A DNA stretch of 64,000 nucleotides from Anaerolineae bacterium (GCA_041687115.1 JAWLCP010000003.1:7315-71314); one strand, 5' to 3'; shown: positions 9,746-19,885, counted from the stretch's first letter. Program-made: numbers and translations. The notes: generated by a model not told the origin, from the letters alone.

Positions 9746-10492
9746 ATGCACAAGCGGATTCTAGTTGTGGGATTGGTGCTGGTGGTGGTTCTGGCCGCCG
9801 GTTCGGTGGGGCGGGCGGCGCCGCTGTTCCAAGCGCAATCGATGATCACCTATCCGGACGACGGGGCGACGGTGAGCAGGCAGGTGGAAATCCGGGGCGT
9901 GGCGAAGCATCCCAACATGGACTTCTATCAGCTCCGCTACGCGCCAGGGCCGCAGCCAGAGGGCGGCTCGCAGTGGCAGGATTTCGCCATTGTCGAGGGC
10001 CAACAAGTGGAGAACGACGTACTGGGCACCTGGGACACGACCCAGGTTTCGGACGGCGCGTACACGCTGGCGCTGGCGGTGTGGGGAGTCGATGACCCGA
10101 ACAACCCGTACGTCTACTTCGTCACGAATCTGACGGTGAACAACGCGGATCCCGTCGATACACCAACCCCGGAGCAGACGCCGACCGAGGCTGCGCCGGC
10201 GGAGACCCCGACGTCGGGGCCGTCGCCTACGCCGGAGACAGTGGAGCAGCCGCCGACGCCAACCTCGCGACCGACGTCGACCCTGGAGCCGGGCCTGCTG
10301 GAGACGCCAACGGTTTCGCCCGACGATGGTCTGGAGGTGCCACTCAACGTGGCGGAGATCCGGGAAAGCTTCTGCACCGGAGGGTTGATCACGGTGCTGC
10401 TGCTGTCGCTCTGGGGGCTCTACGTGGTCGCGAAGGCGGGCGTGCGCTGGTTCCTCCGCGAGCGCTCCACGTCATCGGGGATGGGGCGCTGA
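9746..10492 (+). CDS. Secreted/surface protein. Signal peptide, Ig-like N-domain, Pro/Thr-rich linker, C-terminal TM anchor.
   Basis: MHKRILVVGLVLVVVLAAG signal. TPTPEQTPTEAAPAETPTSGPSPTPET linker. C-terminal LITVLLLSLWGLYVV followed by basic tail. GAGGAG RBS. Confidence 0.55.
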   Translation: MHKRILVVGLVLVVVLAAGSVGRAAPLFQAQSMITYPDDGATVSRQVEIRGVAKHPNMDFYQLRYAPGPQPEGGSQWQDFAIVEGQQVENDVLGTWDTTQVSDGAYTLALAVWGVDDPNNPYVYFVTNLTVNNADPVDTPTPEQTPTEAAPAETPTSGPSPTPETVEQPPTPTSRPTSTLEPGLLETPTVSPDDGLEVPLNVAEIRESFCTGGLITVLLLSLWGLYVVAKAGVRWFLRERSTSSGMGR

Positions 10493-10532
10493 GGTCTTCG
10501 CCAAGCACCCTCGGAGTCGATCCGGTATACCT

Positions 10533-11105
10533 GTGAGCCGCTATCTCATCGCCGGCCTGGGCAATCCAGGTCGGAAGTACGCTGACAATCGACACAACGT
10601 GGGCTTCCGGTGTGTCGAACGTTTTGCCTCTGCCCACAACCTCTCCTTCAGCCGACGCCAGAAGCGGGCCATGGTCGCCATGGGGACGGTGATGAAGCGC
10701 TCGGTGATTCTCGCCAAGCCGCAGACCTTCATGAACAGGAGCGGACATGCGGTGGCTGCGCTGGCGAGTTACTATCGCATACCCCTGGAGCGCGTGCTGG
10801 TGGTCTACGATGACCTCGACCTCCCGCTGGGCACCACGCGGCTGCGTCCGTCCGGTGGTGCAGGGGGGCATCGCGGCATGAGGTCCATCATCAACCAGCT
10901 GGGCAGCGGGGACTTCCCACGTCTCCGCATTGGCATCGGCCGCCCGCCGGGGCGGATGGATCCGGCCGACTACGTGTTGCAGGACTTCTCCGCCGCCGAG
11001 GAGTCGTTGGCAGAGGAGGCGTTGGAGCAGGCTGTGGATGCCATCGAGACCTGGCTGGTGGAGGGGATCGATGAAGCGATGAGCCGCTACAACCGGAGCG
11101 TGTAG
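10533..11105 (+). CDS. pth: Peptidyl-tRNA hydrolase.
   Basis: YLIAGLGNPG...NRHNVGF canonical Pth N-terminus. GTG start. Confidence 0.93.
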   Translation: MSRYLIAGLGNPGRKYADNRHNVGFRCVERFASAHNLSFSRRQKRAMVAMGTVMKRSVILAKPQTFMNRSGHAVAALASYYRIPLERVLVVYDDLDLPLGTTRLRPSGGAGGHRGMRSIINQLGSGDFPRLRIGIGRPPGRMDPADYVLQDFSAAEESLAEEALEQAVDAIETWLVEGIDEAMSRYNRSV

Positions 11106-11106
11106 G

Positions 11107-14100
11107 GTGAACATCTCCGGACTCCTGACGGCGATTGAGGAACTGGAGCCTTATCGCCTCCTGAGGCAGGATCTGCAGCAGGGGGACATACCGGCTCCGC
11201 TGGGGCTGATGCGCGCTGCCCGCGCCCCTGTTCTGGCCGCGCTGAGTCGCGGCGTGACTCGCGATCGGTGTGGCGCAGTGCTGGTGGCGGCCGGCACGAC
11301 GGGGCGGGCGCAGAAGCTGCTGCAGTCCCTCCAAGACTGGTCGGTGGATCCTGCCCGTGTCCTCCGCTTCCCCGAGCCACTGACGCTCTTCTACGACCGG
11401 GCCCCTTGGACGGACGAGATCATCATCGGGCGACTACAGGTGCTCTCGGCGCTGCATGAGCAGATGGAGAGCGCCGGGGAAGGACGGCCGCTGATGGTGG
11501 TGGCCTCGGCGCGGGCGCTGATGCAGCGCACGCTTCCTCTTCATCAGTACCGTCTCTCGGTCCGAGAGGTGGCCGTGGGACAGATTCTGGATTTGGAGCG
11601 GACCCTTCGGCGGTGGGCGGGGCTGGGGTACGAGCCGGTGAGCGTGGTGGAGGCCGCGGGCCAGTACAGCCACCGGGGTGGCATCATCGATATCTTCCCG
11701 CCTGCCGACGTCCTGCCAGTGCGGATTGAGCTGTGGGGGAACCAGGTGGACTCGATGCGCCGGTTCGACCCGGCCACTCAGCGTTCGCAGGAGCGGGTGG
11801 AGAAGGTGAGGATCACTCCAGCCCGGGAGGCGCTGCCACGGCATGGCGCGGGCGCCGCTGAGCAAGTCGGCGAGCTGCTGGAGGAGGATCTGCCGGAGGA
11901 CATCCTCGAGGAACTGTCGGAGCACCATCGAGGGTTGGTCGACTCAGCGCCGTTCCCAGGTCTCGAGTTCTACCTTCCGTACCTCTACAGCCGGCCAGCG
12001 ACGCTGCTCGACTATCTGCCGCAGGACAGCCTGGTGGTGGTAGACGATGGGTGGGACCTGGCGGACGCCTGGGCTGAGCTGGAGCAGGAGGCCCTCGATC
12101 TGAAGCGGTCGGTAGAGAAGACGGGGGCCCTCCCGAAGGACTACCCTCTGCCCTACGCCACGTGGGACGAGTGGTCGGAGATGACGACAGACCGGCCTGT
12201 GCTCGCGCTGGGGCACGGGAGGGAGGAGGCGCCGTCGCAACTGGGGAACTGTTTCGTCCCCGGTCCCCGCTTTGGGGGGCAGCTCCGACCCCTGTTGGAT
12301 CACATCGAGACGGCCCAAGTGCAGGGCAATCGAGTGGTGCTCGTCAGCCGGCAGGCCCGGCGGCTGGCGGACCTGTGGAGCAGAGAGCACGCCTATGCGC
12401 CGCCGGTGGAGGATCTGAGGGACGCTCCCTGCCCGACGCTTACGTTCGTGCAGGGGGCCCTGGATGAGGGGTGGGTCCTGCAGCCGGTATCGGGCGTATC
12501 TACTCAGCTGTTGACGGATGGGGAAATCTTCGGCTGGCGGCGGCCCGCCCCGCGACGACCGGTCCACCGACGAAAGACGGCGCCGGAATCGACGTTCTCG
12601 GATTTCTCGCCCGGCGACCACGTGGTCCACGTCGAGTATGGCATCGGTGTCTTCCGCGGATTGGTGACGCGGTCCCTGGAGGGCGGGGAGCAGGAGTACC
12701 TGCTCATCGAGTACGGGGGCGAGGACCGCCTCTTCGTCCCCATCTACCAGACGGATCGTCTGAGCCGCTACGTCGGTGCGGACGATCGGCCCCCAGAGCT
12801 CAGCCGGCTGGGGAAGGCGCAGTGGCGGGACGTCAAGGAGCGGGTCAAGAAGGCCACGGAGGAGGTGGCGCGGGAGTTGCTCGATCTATACGCCGCCCGC
12901 GAGTTGGCGGAGGGACATTCGTACCGCCCGGATACGCCATGGCAGACCGAGCTGGAGGCGTCCTTCCCGTACTACGAGACGCCCGGACAGCGGGAGGCGA
13001 TCGCGGACGTCAAAGACGACATGGAGAGCCCGCAGCCGATCGACCGGCTGATTTGCGGGGACGTGGGGTATGGCAAGACAGAGGTGGCGGTCCGTGCTGC
13101 GTTCAAGGCGGTGATGGACGGCAGGCAGGTGGCTGTCCTGGTTCCGACGACGGTCCTGGCCCAGCAGCATTACGCGACGTTCCGCCAGCGGATGGAGCCT
13201 TTTCCGGTGGAGATCCAGATGCTGTCTCGCTTCCGTACCGGCGCGGAGCAAGGGGAGATCCTGGAGAAGCTGTTGGCTGAGCAGATCGACGTGGTGATTG
13301 GTACCCACCGGTTGCTCCAGGACGATGTGGCGTTTGCCGATCTGGGGTTGCTGATCATCGACGAGGAGCAGCGTTTCGGGGTCACCCACAAAGAGAAGTT
13401 CAAGAAGATGCGCACCCAGCTGGACGTACTGACGATGACGGCGACCCCCATCCCCCGCACGCTGTATATGGCCCTGACGGGGGTGCGGGACATAAGCGTG
13501 ATCGAGACCCCGCCGGAGGAGCGCCTGCCGGTGTCGACATACGTGGGCGACTACGACACGTCCCTGATCCGGCGTGCGATTCTGCGGGAGCTCGAGCGGG
13601 GCGGGCAGGTCTTTTACGTGCACAACCGCGTCCAGACGATCGAGGTGGCCCGGCGGCGGCTGGAGCGGATCGTGCCGGAGGCGACGTTTGGGGTGGCTCA
13701 CGGTCGGATGCGGGGGCGGGATCTGGAAGACACGATGGTCCGCTTCGTGGATGGGAAGATCGACGTACTGGTGTGTACGACCATCATCGAGAGCGGGCTG
13801 GACATCCCGGCGGCGAACACGCTTATCGTGGAGCGGGCAGGGCGGCTTGGGCTGGCACAGCTGTACCAGCTGCGCGGTCGGGTAGGGCGGGCCGCGGAAA
13901 GAGCCTACGCATATCTGTTCCACGAACGAGAGAGCCGGCTGACTCCGGAGGCACGCCGCCGGCTGGAGACGATCCGCGAGGCAAGCGGGTTGGGGGATGG
14001 CTATGCCATCGCCATGCGGGACCTGGAGATCCGGGGCGCGGGGGACATTCTGGGCACGCGGCAGTCGGGGCACATTTCGGCGGTCGGCTTCCACCTATAT

Positions 14101-14598
14101 ACCCGGCTCCTGAGCCGGGCGGTGGAGGAGCTGAAGGCGGAGCGGGAGGGGAAGCCGCCGCCCCCCGAACCGTTGGCCGACATCCGCATCGACCTGCCCA
14201 TTCCGGTGAGCCTGCCCGAGGACTATGTGGCGGACACGTGGCTGCGGCTGAAGATGTATCGCCGGTTGGCGGGGTTGAACTCGATGGCGGAGATTGAGGA
14301 GATGGAGAGGGAGTTGGTCGACCGGTTCGGGCCGCTGCCCAGGCCGGCGCAGAACCTGATGTACCAGCTGCGGCTGAAGGCGCTATCGCGGGACGCGGGT
14401 GTGGGCATCGTGACCATGGACAACGGACGTCTGGCGCTGCGGTCGGGGGGCCGGGAGTTCCCACGGGAGGATCTCCTTCAGGTGCTCAATGGGCAGGCGA
14501 GCATCAGTCGGTACGGCATCTGGCTGCCGAAGGAGGCCGGGTGGGAGGAGATGCTCGTGGATGTGTTGAAGAAGGTAGCGTCGGTCATGCGCGATTGA
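11107..14598 (+). CDS. mfd: Transcription-repair coupling factor Mfd.
   Basis: 1163 aa. UvrB-homology N-region. Superfamily-2 helicase motifs: GDVGYGKTEVA (Walker A), DEEQRFG (DEAD-like box). TRG/C-terminal domains. Confidence 0.93.
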   Translation: MNISGLLTAIEELEPYRLLRQDLQQGDIPAPLGLMRAARAPVLAALSRGVTRDRCGAVLVAAGTTGRAQKLLQSLQDWSVDPARVLRFPEPLTLFYDRAPWTDEIIIGRLQVLSALHEQMESAGEGRPLMVVASARALMQRTLPLHQYRLSVREVAVGQILDLERTLRRWAGLGYEPVSVVEAAGQYSHRGGIIDIFPPADVLPVRIELWGNQVDSMRRFDPATQRSQERVEKVRITPAREALPRHGAGAAEQVGELLEEDLPEDILEELSEHHRGLVDSAPFPGLEFYLPYLYSRPATLLDYLPQDSLVVVDDGWDLADAWAELEQEALDLKRSVEKTGALPKDYPLPYATWDEWSEMTTDRPVLALGHGREEAPSQLGNCFVPGPRFGGQLRPLLDHIETAQVQGNRVVLVSRQARRLADLWSREHAYAPPVEDLRDAPCPTLTFVQGALDEGWVLQPVSGVSTQLLTDGEIFGWRRPAPRRPVHRRKTAPESTFSDFSPGDHVVHVEYGIGVFRGLVTRSLEGGEQEYLLIEYGGEDRLFVPIYQTDRLSRYVGADDRPPELSRLGKAQWRDVKERVKKATEEVARELLDLYAARELAEGHSYRPDTPWQTELEASFPYYETPGQREAIADVKDDMESPQPIDRLICGDVGYGKTEVAVRAAFKAVMDGRQVAVLVPTTVLAQQHYATFRQRMEPFPVEIQMLSRFRTGAEQGEILEKLLAEQIDVVIGTHRLLQDDVAFADLGLLIIDEEQRFGVTHKEKFKKMRTQLDVLTMTATPIPRTLYMALTGVRDISVIETPPEERLPVSTYVGDYDTSLIRRAILRELERGGQVFYVHNRVQTIEVARRRLERIVPEATFGVAHGRMRGRDLEDTMVRFVDGKIDVLVCTTIIESGLDIPAANTLIVERAGRLGLAQLYQLRGRVGRAAERAYAYLFHERESRLTPEARRRLETIREASGLGDGYAIAMRDLEIRGAGDILGTRQSGHISAVGFHLYTRLLSRAVEELKAEREGKPPPPEPLADIRIDLPIPVSLPEDYVADTWLRLKMYRRLAGLNSMAEIEEMERELVDRFGPLPRPAQNLMYQLRLKALSRDAGVGIVTMDNGRLALRSGGREFPREDLLQVLNGQASISRYGIWLPKEAGWEEMLVDVLKKVASVMRD

Positions 14599-14640
14599 CG
14601 CTCAGCGAGTGCGAGGGTATACTGAATGGAGGAGGGATAG

Positions 14641-14952
14641 ATGGGCATTCTGCGTGACATCTCCGTGATCGTGCTCGCTGCCGGGGCCTTTGTGTTCACT
14701 CTGGTACCGCTGGCGCTCTCTGGGGTGCTGGTCTACGGCGTGTGGCGGTTGTTGAAGCATGAGAATCTACCGACCTGGCTTCGGAGAGGGCGAGAGATGC
14801 TGACCGCTGGGTTGTCGACCGTCGAGCTGGTGATGGACCGGGTGACCAGACCGATCTTCGCGGTGCAGACGGCCTGTGCTACCGTGGAGGGGTGGATTCG
14901 TGGCGTTAGAAGAGGAGGGATCGATAGATGGAGACGAGAACGCGGGTGTTGA
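14641..14952 (+). CDS. Small hypothetical membrane protein.
   Basis: Hydrophobic N-terminus ISVIVLAAGAFVFTLVPLALSGVLVYGVW. GGAGGAGGG RBS 5 nt upstream. Confidence 0.4.
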   Translation: MGILRDISVIVLAAGAFVFTLVPLALSGVLVYGVWRLLKHENLPTWLRRGREMLTAGLSTVELVMDRVTRPIFAVQTACATVEGWIRGVRRGGIDRWRRERGC

Positions 14953-15143
14953 TCATTGGTGGTGCTCTGGGGGGGCTGATCGGCGTGCTGGCCGCCCACC
15001 TGTATCTGCAAGCGGCCGAACGCCGGCGGGGTGAGGGGGAGGAGAGTCTTCCCTCTTTCGAACCCGGTGATCTGATCAAGCTGACGCTCAGCGTCCTGGG
15101 CGTGCTGAAGCTGGTCGACCGCCTGGCGAAGCCCGGCGAGTAG
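14928..15143 (+). CDS. Small hypothetical membrane protein (71 aa).
   Basis: GGAGG RBS with near-identical upstream context to the preceding small gene. TM-like VLIIGGALGGLIGVLAA. Confidence 0.35.
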   Translation: METRTRVLIIGGALGGLIGVLAAHLYLQAAERRRGEGEESLPSFEPGDLIKLTLSVLGVLKLVDRLAKPGE

Positions 15144-15163
15144 CTTGTGTGAGGAGGGGATGG

Positions 15164-15577
15164 ATGGCCTACCCGTTTCCGTCGGATGCGTGGATCAAGG
15201 ACTTGAGCAATCGGTTGAATGAGAGTGAATCGTACGAGCGTTCGGCGAAGGATTGGGAGGGGGACTTCCTGTTCGTCGTCGGGCCGGACGAGAAGTACGA
15301 CAAGACCGGGTACCTGTACCTGGGGCTGCTCCACGGCAGGAGCACGGGCGCGGCCGTGGTGGAGAGCGAGGACGCGCGGGAGACGGAGTTCGTGATACGG
15401 GCTCCCTACGGCACCTGGAAACAGGTGATCGAAGGGAAGTTGGATCCGATTCAGGGGATCATGACGAAGCAGCTCAAGCTGTCGGGCAACATGATGAAGG
15501 TCATGCGGTATCCAAAGGCGGCTCAGGAGATCGTCGCCTGTTGTGCGGAGGTGCCGACGGAGTGGGAGTGTGCGTAG
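15164..15577 (+). CDS. SCP2 sterol-carrier-like domain protein.
   Basis: GKLDPIQGIMTKQLKLSGNMMKVMRYPKA SCP2 C-terminal signature. GAGGAGGGG RBS. Confidence 0.7.
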   Translation: MAYPFPSDAWIKDLSNRLNESESYERSAKDWEGDFLFVVGPDEKYDKTGYLYLGLLHGRSTGAAVVESEDARETEFVIRAPYGTWKQVIEGKLDPIQGIMTKQLKLSGNMMKVMRYPKAAQEIVACCAEVPTEWECA

Positions 15578-15619
15578 CACGTGACGTGTGACGTGTAAGG
15601 CGTAGAACGTAAGGGGGCG

Positions 15620-15659
15620 ACGTGACGCGGTCTGTGCGGGCTCGCGTCACGTTTTGTTT
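15620..15659 (+). terminator. Rho-independent terminator after the SCP2 gene.
   Basis: Perfect 10-bp stem acgtgacgcg / cgcgtcacgt with a 13-nt loop, followed by TTTTGTTTG. Preceded by the CACGTGACGTGTGACGTG repeat. Confidence 0.6.
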
Positions 15660-15717
15660 GTCGGGGTGCCGGTGGCTTCTGACAATGCACAGGGTGTGTG
15701 CGACCAGGGGGTAGGCA

Positions 15718-16881
15718 ATGTGGCACTTCGTTTCACCGAAGATCGTGTTTGGTGAAGGCGCGCTGGGTGGGCTGGACGAGGTGAGCGGACGGCGGGCGCT
15801 GGTGGTTACGGACACCACGCTGGTGAAGCTGGGCCTGGTCGAGCGTGTGGCGTTCCACCTGGGCAGGGCGGGGGTGGAGATCCACACGTTCGAGGAGGTC
15901 GAGCCCGACCCCGGCGTGGAGACCGTGTTGAAGGGCGTGGCGCTGGCCCAGGAGATCGAGCCCGACTGGATCGTGGGCGTGGGAGGCGGCTCGCCGATGG
16001 ACGCCGCCAAAGCGATCTGGGTACTGTACGAGCGGCCCGATCTGGAGCCGGCGGAGCTCAATCCGTTCGTTGAGCTGGGCCTGCGTCAGAAGGCACGGCT
16101 GATCACCATCCCGACCACCAGCGGCACCGGTGCAGAGGTGACGTGGGCCATTGTGCTGACCGATCCCGTGGAGCAACGGAAGATGGGCCTGGGCAACCGG
16201 GAGAACGTGGCGGACTTGGCGATCGTCGACCCGGTGATGGCGGCCGGAATGCCGCCGTGGCTAACGGCCGACACGGGGCTGGATGCCCTGACCCACGCGA
16301 TTGAGGGGTACGCGTGTACGTGGCACACCGACCTGACGGATGGTCTGTGTGCCAAGGCGGCTCGAGACGTCATGAGGTACCTGTCCCGTGCTGTGGAGGA
16401 CGGGTCGGACAGGGAGGCGCGGGAGCGGATGCACAACGCGGCCACATGTGCCGGGCTCGGCTTTGGGAACGCGCTGGCCTCCCTCGCGCACGCGATGGGG
16501 CACGCGCTGGGTGCGTCCTTCCACGTGCCACACGGACGTGCCGTGGGGCTGTTCCTTCCTTACACGATCGAGTATGCGGCCAAGGGGGCGGCGGAGCGGT
16601 TCGCCGATCTGGCTCGACTGCTCGGCTGCGCCGGGGAAGGGGCCGAAGACAGCGCCCGGGCTCTGGCCGCCGCCGTTCGCAGCCTGGCGGATGAGATTGG
16701 CAGCTTTCGCGGGATCGCCGACCTGGGGATCGACCGCGAGGCTTTCGAAGGGAAGATGGAGAAGCTGGTTGACGATGCGTTCAACGATACGCAGATGGTG
16801 ACCGCCCCCCGGTGTCCCACGTATGCCGAGCTCAGGCAACTCTTCCTGTATGCGTTCGACGGGCACGAGGTCGATTTCTAG
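15718..16881 (+). CDS. Iron-containing (group III) alcohol dehydrogenase.
   Basis: Fe-ADH fold: GGGSPMDAAK, conserved His cluster HAMGHALG...HG. Confidence 0.88.
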   Translation: MWHFVSPKIVFGEGALGGLDEVSGRRALVVTDTTLVKLGLVERVAFHLGRAGVEIHTFEEVEPDPGVETVLKGVALAQEIEPDWIVGVGGGSPMDAAKAIWVLYERPDLEPAELNPFVELGLRQKARLITIPTTSGTGAEVTWAIVLTDPVEQRKMGLGNRENVADLAIVDPVMAAGMPPWLTADTGLDALTHAIEGYACTWHTDLTDGLCAKAARDVMRYLSRAVEDGSDREARERMHNAATCAGLGFGNALASLAHAMGHALGASFHVPHGRAVGLFLPYTIEYAAKGAAERFADLARLLGCAGEGAEDSARALAAAVRSLADEIGSFRGIADLGIDREAFEGKMEKLVDDAFNDTQMVTAPRCPTYAELRQLFLYAFDGHEVDF

Positions 16882-16906
16882 GGCAGGACGCAGGTTGGAG
16901 AGATCT

Positions 16907-18751
16907 ATGAACGGTTATCTTGGCAAGCTTCTTTATGTGGATCTCAGCCGAGGTGAGCTCCGCGACGAAGCCCTGGATCCAGGGCTTGCCCGTGACTACG
17001 TCGGCGGCAGCGGGCTCGCGGCGCGGCTGGTGTACGATCTGGTCGACCGCGAAACGGACCCTCTGGCGCCGGAGAACCCTCTCATCCTCATGACCGGACC
17101 GCTCGTGGGGACGACAATGCCGTCGGCCGGGCGATGCAGCGTTTGCGGGCTCTCGCCGCTCACGGGTATCTGGGGAGAGTCGAACACCGGAGGGTTTGTT
17201 GGCCCCGAGCTACGATTTGCTGGCTACGATGGGATGGTCATCACCGGGCGGGCAGATGGACCGGTGTGGCTGAGCGTGGTGGACGGCGAGCCTGAGCTTC
17301 GGGACGGTGCAGACCTGTGGGGGCTCGACGCCTACGCAACGCAGGATGTCGCCCGGGAGGCGCTGGGGGAGCCGCGGGCCCGGGTGGCCTGCATCGGCCC
17401 GGCGGGCGAGAATGGGGTGCTGATGGCCGCCGTGATGAACGATCACGGGCGTGCCGCCGGGCGGACGGGGATGGGGGCCGTCATGGGGGCGAAACATCTG
17501 AAGGCGATCGCCCTTCGCGGGACTGGGTCCGTGCCGCTGGCGGATCCCCGGGCATTCGATGAGGTGGTGCAGGAGATTCTGCAGGATCAGGACGAGGATG
17601 TGGCGGCAATGGGGCTCCGCATGGCGGGGACCGCCGGGTACGTCGATATGGGACTGATGTACGGGGACATGCCCATTCGCTACTTCCAGCAGGGAGAGTG
17701 GGAGGGCGCCAATGACCTCTCCGGCGTGCGCATGGTGGAGGAGTACCAGAGGGGAATCGCAGCCTGCTACCGGTGTCCCATCGCCTGTGGTCGCCGGACA
17801 CGGGCACCCCGATTCGGGGTCGATGAGGTGGATGGACCTGAGTACGAGACGGTGGCGGCCTTTGGCTCGCTGGCCATGGTGGACGACCTGGAGGGTGTGA
17901 TCTATGCGGGGCACCTGTGCAACGTCTACGGGCTCGACACGATCAGCACTGGGTGCACGATCGCGCTGGCCTGCGAAATGTTCGAGCGGGGGGTGCTGAC
18001 CGCGGAGGATACCGGCGGGGTGAGGATTCGTTACGGCGATGTGGAGACGGCGCATCGCCTGATCGAGATGGTGGCGCACGGCGAAGGATTTGGTACCATA
18101 CTGGGTGAAGGGAGCGCCGCCCTGGTGGAGCGATTTGGGGTGCCGGAGCTGGCAGCGACGGTCAACCGGCTGGAGGTGCCGATGCACGATCCGCGAGCGT
18201 TCAGCGGGATGGCGGTGACGTATGCCCTCTCGCCGCGCGGTGCTTGTCACATGCAGGGCGACATGTACGGCGTGGACACGGGACAGGGACCGGCCGTCGA
18301 GCTGGGGATCGTTCCGGGCGATCGCTTCGAGGATTCGGAGGGCAAGGGACGCGTGGCTGCCCGCCAGCATGTGTGGCGGTCGCTGTACAATGCGTGGACG
18401 CTGTGCCAGTTTCAGAACCCGGGTGTCGAGCGACTGGCGCGGGCTTTGAACACGGTCACCGGATGGGGGCTGGACCTGGGAGGATGGATGACATTGGGGA
18501 GGCGGATTGTCGCGCTGAAGCGCATGCTGAATATGCGGCGCGGGCTGGAACCCGTCGATGATCGTCTGCCCGATCTGCTGCTGGAGCCGCTCGAGGAGGG
18601 TGGAACCGAAGGGAAGGTCCCGGACGTGGAGACGCTCCTTGCAGGTGCGTACGCTGAGCTCGGGTGGGATGCGGAGACGGGAGTGCCTACCAGGAAGACG
18701 CTTGAGGCGTTGGATCTGGGTTTCACGATCGGGGATAGCTGGAAGAGGTAA
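16907..18751 (+). CDS. Aldehyde:ferredoxin oxidoreductase family (tungsten/molybdopterin AOR).
   Basis: N-terminal GYLGKLLYVDLS...YVGGSGLAARL typical of AOR. Cys ligands CxxC...C for the 4Fe-4S cluster. About 615 aa. Confidence 0.85.
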   Translation: MNGYLGKLLYVDLSRGELRDEALDPGLARDYVGGSGLAARLVYDLVDRETDPLAPENPLILMTGPLVGTTMPSAGRCSVCGLSPLTGIWGESNTGGFVGPELRFAGYDGMVITGRADGPVWLSVVDGEPELRDGADLWGLDAYATQDVAREALGEPRARVACIGPAGENGVLMAAVMNDHGRAAGRTGMGAVMGAKHLKAIALRGTGSVPLADPRAFDEVVQEILQDQDEDVAAMGLRMAGTAGYVDMGLMYGDMPIRYFQQGEWEGANDLSGVRMVEEYQRGIAACYRCPIACGRRTRAPRFGVDEVDGPEYETVAAFGSLAMVDDLEGVIYAGHLCNVYGLDTISTGCTIALACEMFERGVLTAEDTGGVRIRYGDVETAHRLIEMVAHGEGFGTILGEGSAALVERFGVPELAATVNRLEVPMHDPRAFSGMAVTYALSPRGACHMQGDMYGVDTGQGPAVELGIVPGDRFEDSEGKGRVAARQHVWRSLYNAWTLCQFQNPGVERLARALNTVTGWGLDLGGWMTLGRRIVALKRMLNMRRGLEPVDDRLPDLLLEPLEEGGTEGKVPDVETLLAGAYAELGWDAETGVPTRKTLEALDLGFTIGDSWKR

Positions 18752-18753
18752 GG

Positions 18754-19692
18754 ATGTGGAAGGGTAGAGTTGAGAGAGCGGGTATACTGGTTATTGCTGT
18801 GCTGGGGATCGTCGCTGCGGCATGTGGCGCCTCTGGCGGCGCGACCTCGTCGGACGAGCCGACTCCGCTGAGCGAGGGCGCGACGGCGGCCCCTCTGCGC
18901 GACGAGATCCACGTCAAGGTCGACGGGACTGGGGACTACGTGACTTTCGAGGCGGCGGTGGCCGCCGCGGCGCCACAGGCGACAATCAGGCTCGGGCCGG
19001 GGATCTACCGTCTGGTCAACGGGTTGAACATCGACAGGTCACTGACGCTGGTCGGTGCCGGGATGGACGAGACCGAGATTGTGTCCGGCGCTCCAGGCCA
19101 CGTGATCCGCTTCACGGGGTCTGGCGCGTTTCGAGCGGAGGGGATCACGTTCCGCCACGATGGCACGGCCACGGCAGACGTGGTGGTGGTCGACGGCGGG
19201 GCGGGGTATTTCTCCGCATGTCGCTTCACGGGCGCTGTCTATGAGGAAGGGGAAGGGAACCGGGCTGGGCTGCGCTTCCGAGGGACCTCGCGAGGCACGG
19301 TGGAGAACTCCGTGGTCTCCGACAACGACAACACCGGTATCCTGGTGGAACAGCGGGCTCAGCCGGAGCTGCGGGGCAACATCTGCTCGGATAACTCGGC
19401 GGTGGGGATCGGGTATATGGATCTGGCCACGGGTGTGGCCAGCGGGAACGAGTGCACGGGAAACCAGATCGGCATCGCGCTGGCCGTCGAGGTGGGTCCC
19501 ACGCTTGAGCGGAACTTGTGCAACGACAACGACTACGGGATCGCGTACCTGGAAAACGCGGGGGGTCGGAGCTACGAGAACGAGTGCATGAGGAACAGGA
19601 TCGGCATCGCAATTGGCGGGTCGTCCACTGTGCAGTTGGGGGAGAACTTCTGCCGCGACAATACGGAAGAGGACATTCGAGATTCCCGCTAG
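18754..19692 (+). CDS. Lipoprotein with right-handed parallel beta-helix (pectin-lyase-like) repeats.
   Basis: Signal plus lipobox-like VAAAC. Repeated ...GN.C..N..G(I) beta-helix turns: NICSDNSAVGIG, NECTGNQIGIA, NLCNDNDYGIA, NECMRNRIGIA. Confidence 0.6.
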   Translation: MWKGRVERAGILVIAVLGIVAAACGASGGATSSDEPTPLSEGATAAPLRDEIHVKVDGTGDYVTFEAAVAAAAPQATIRLGPGIYRLVNGLNIDRSLTLVGAGMDETEIVSGAPGHVIRFTGSGAFRAEGITFRHDGTATADVVVVDGGAGYFSACRFTGAVYEEGEGNRAGLRFRGTSRGTVENSVVSDNDNTGILVEQRAQPELRGNICSDNSAVGIGYMDLATGVASGNECTGNQIGIALAVEVGPTLERNLCNDNDYGIAYLENAGGRSYENECMRNRIGIAIGGSSTVQLGENFCRDNTEEDIRDSR

Positions 19693-19877
19693 CGCCTTGG
19701 GTGCGACGTTGAGGGAACGCGTCCTTCGCCGGGAGTCTCAGGTTGGCGAGACCGTCCGGTCGGCTGGCCTGTCCTGCGCTTCGAATAACGAGTAGGAAGA
19801 AGGTCCCATGTAACCTTAAAGTTTGTCCCAGAGACCTCAAAGTTGACGTGAGATGCTGGCAAAAGCCCCGCGCATAG

Positions 19878-19885
19878 TGTATAAT
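19878..19885 (+). promoter_or_regulatory. Candidate extended -10 promoter element upstream of mraZ (dcw cluster promoter).
   Basis: TGTATAAT at ~19878-19885, about 90 nt before mraZ. TTGACG at 19843-19848 is 31 nt upstream, which is too far for a canonical -35. Confidence 0.3.

Noticed and set aside
19843-19848. TTGACG as the -35 element for an mraZ promoter.
   Set aside because: Spacing to the TATAAT (31 nt) is far outside the 16-19 nt window. Only the extended -10 (TGTATAAT) is retained as a weak candidate.
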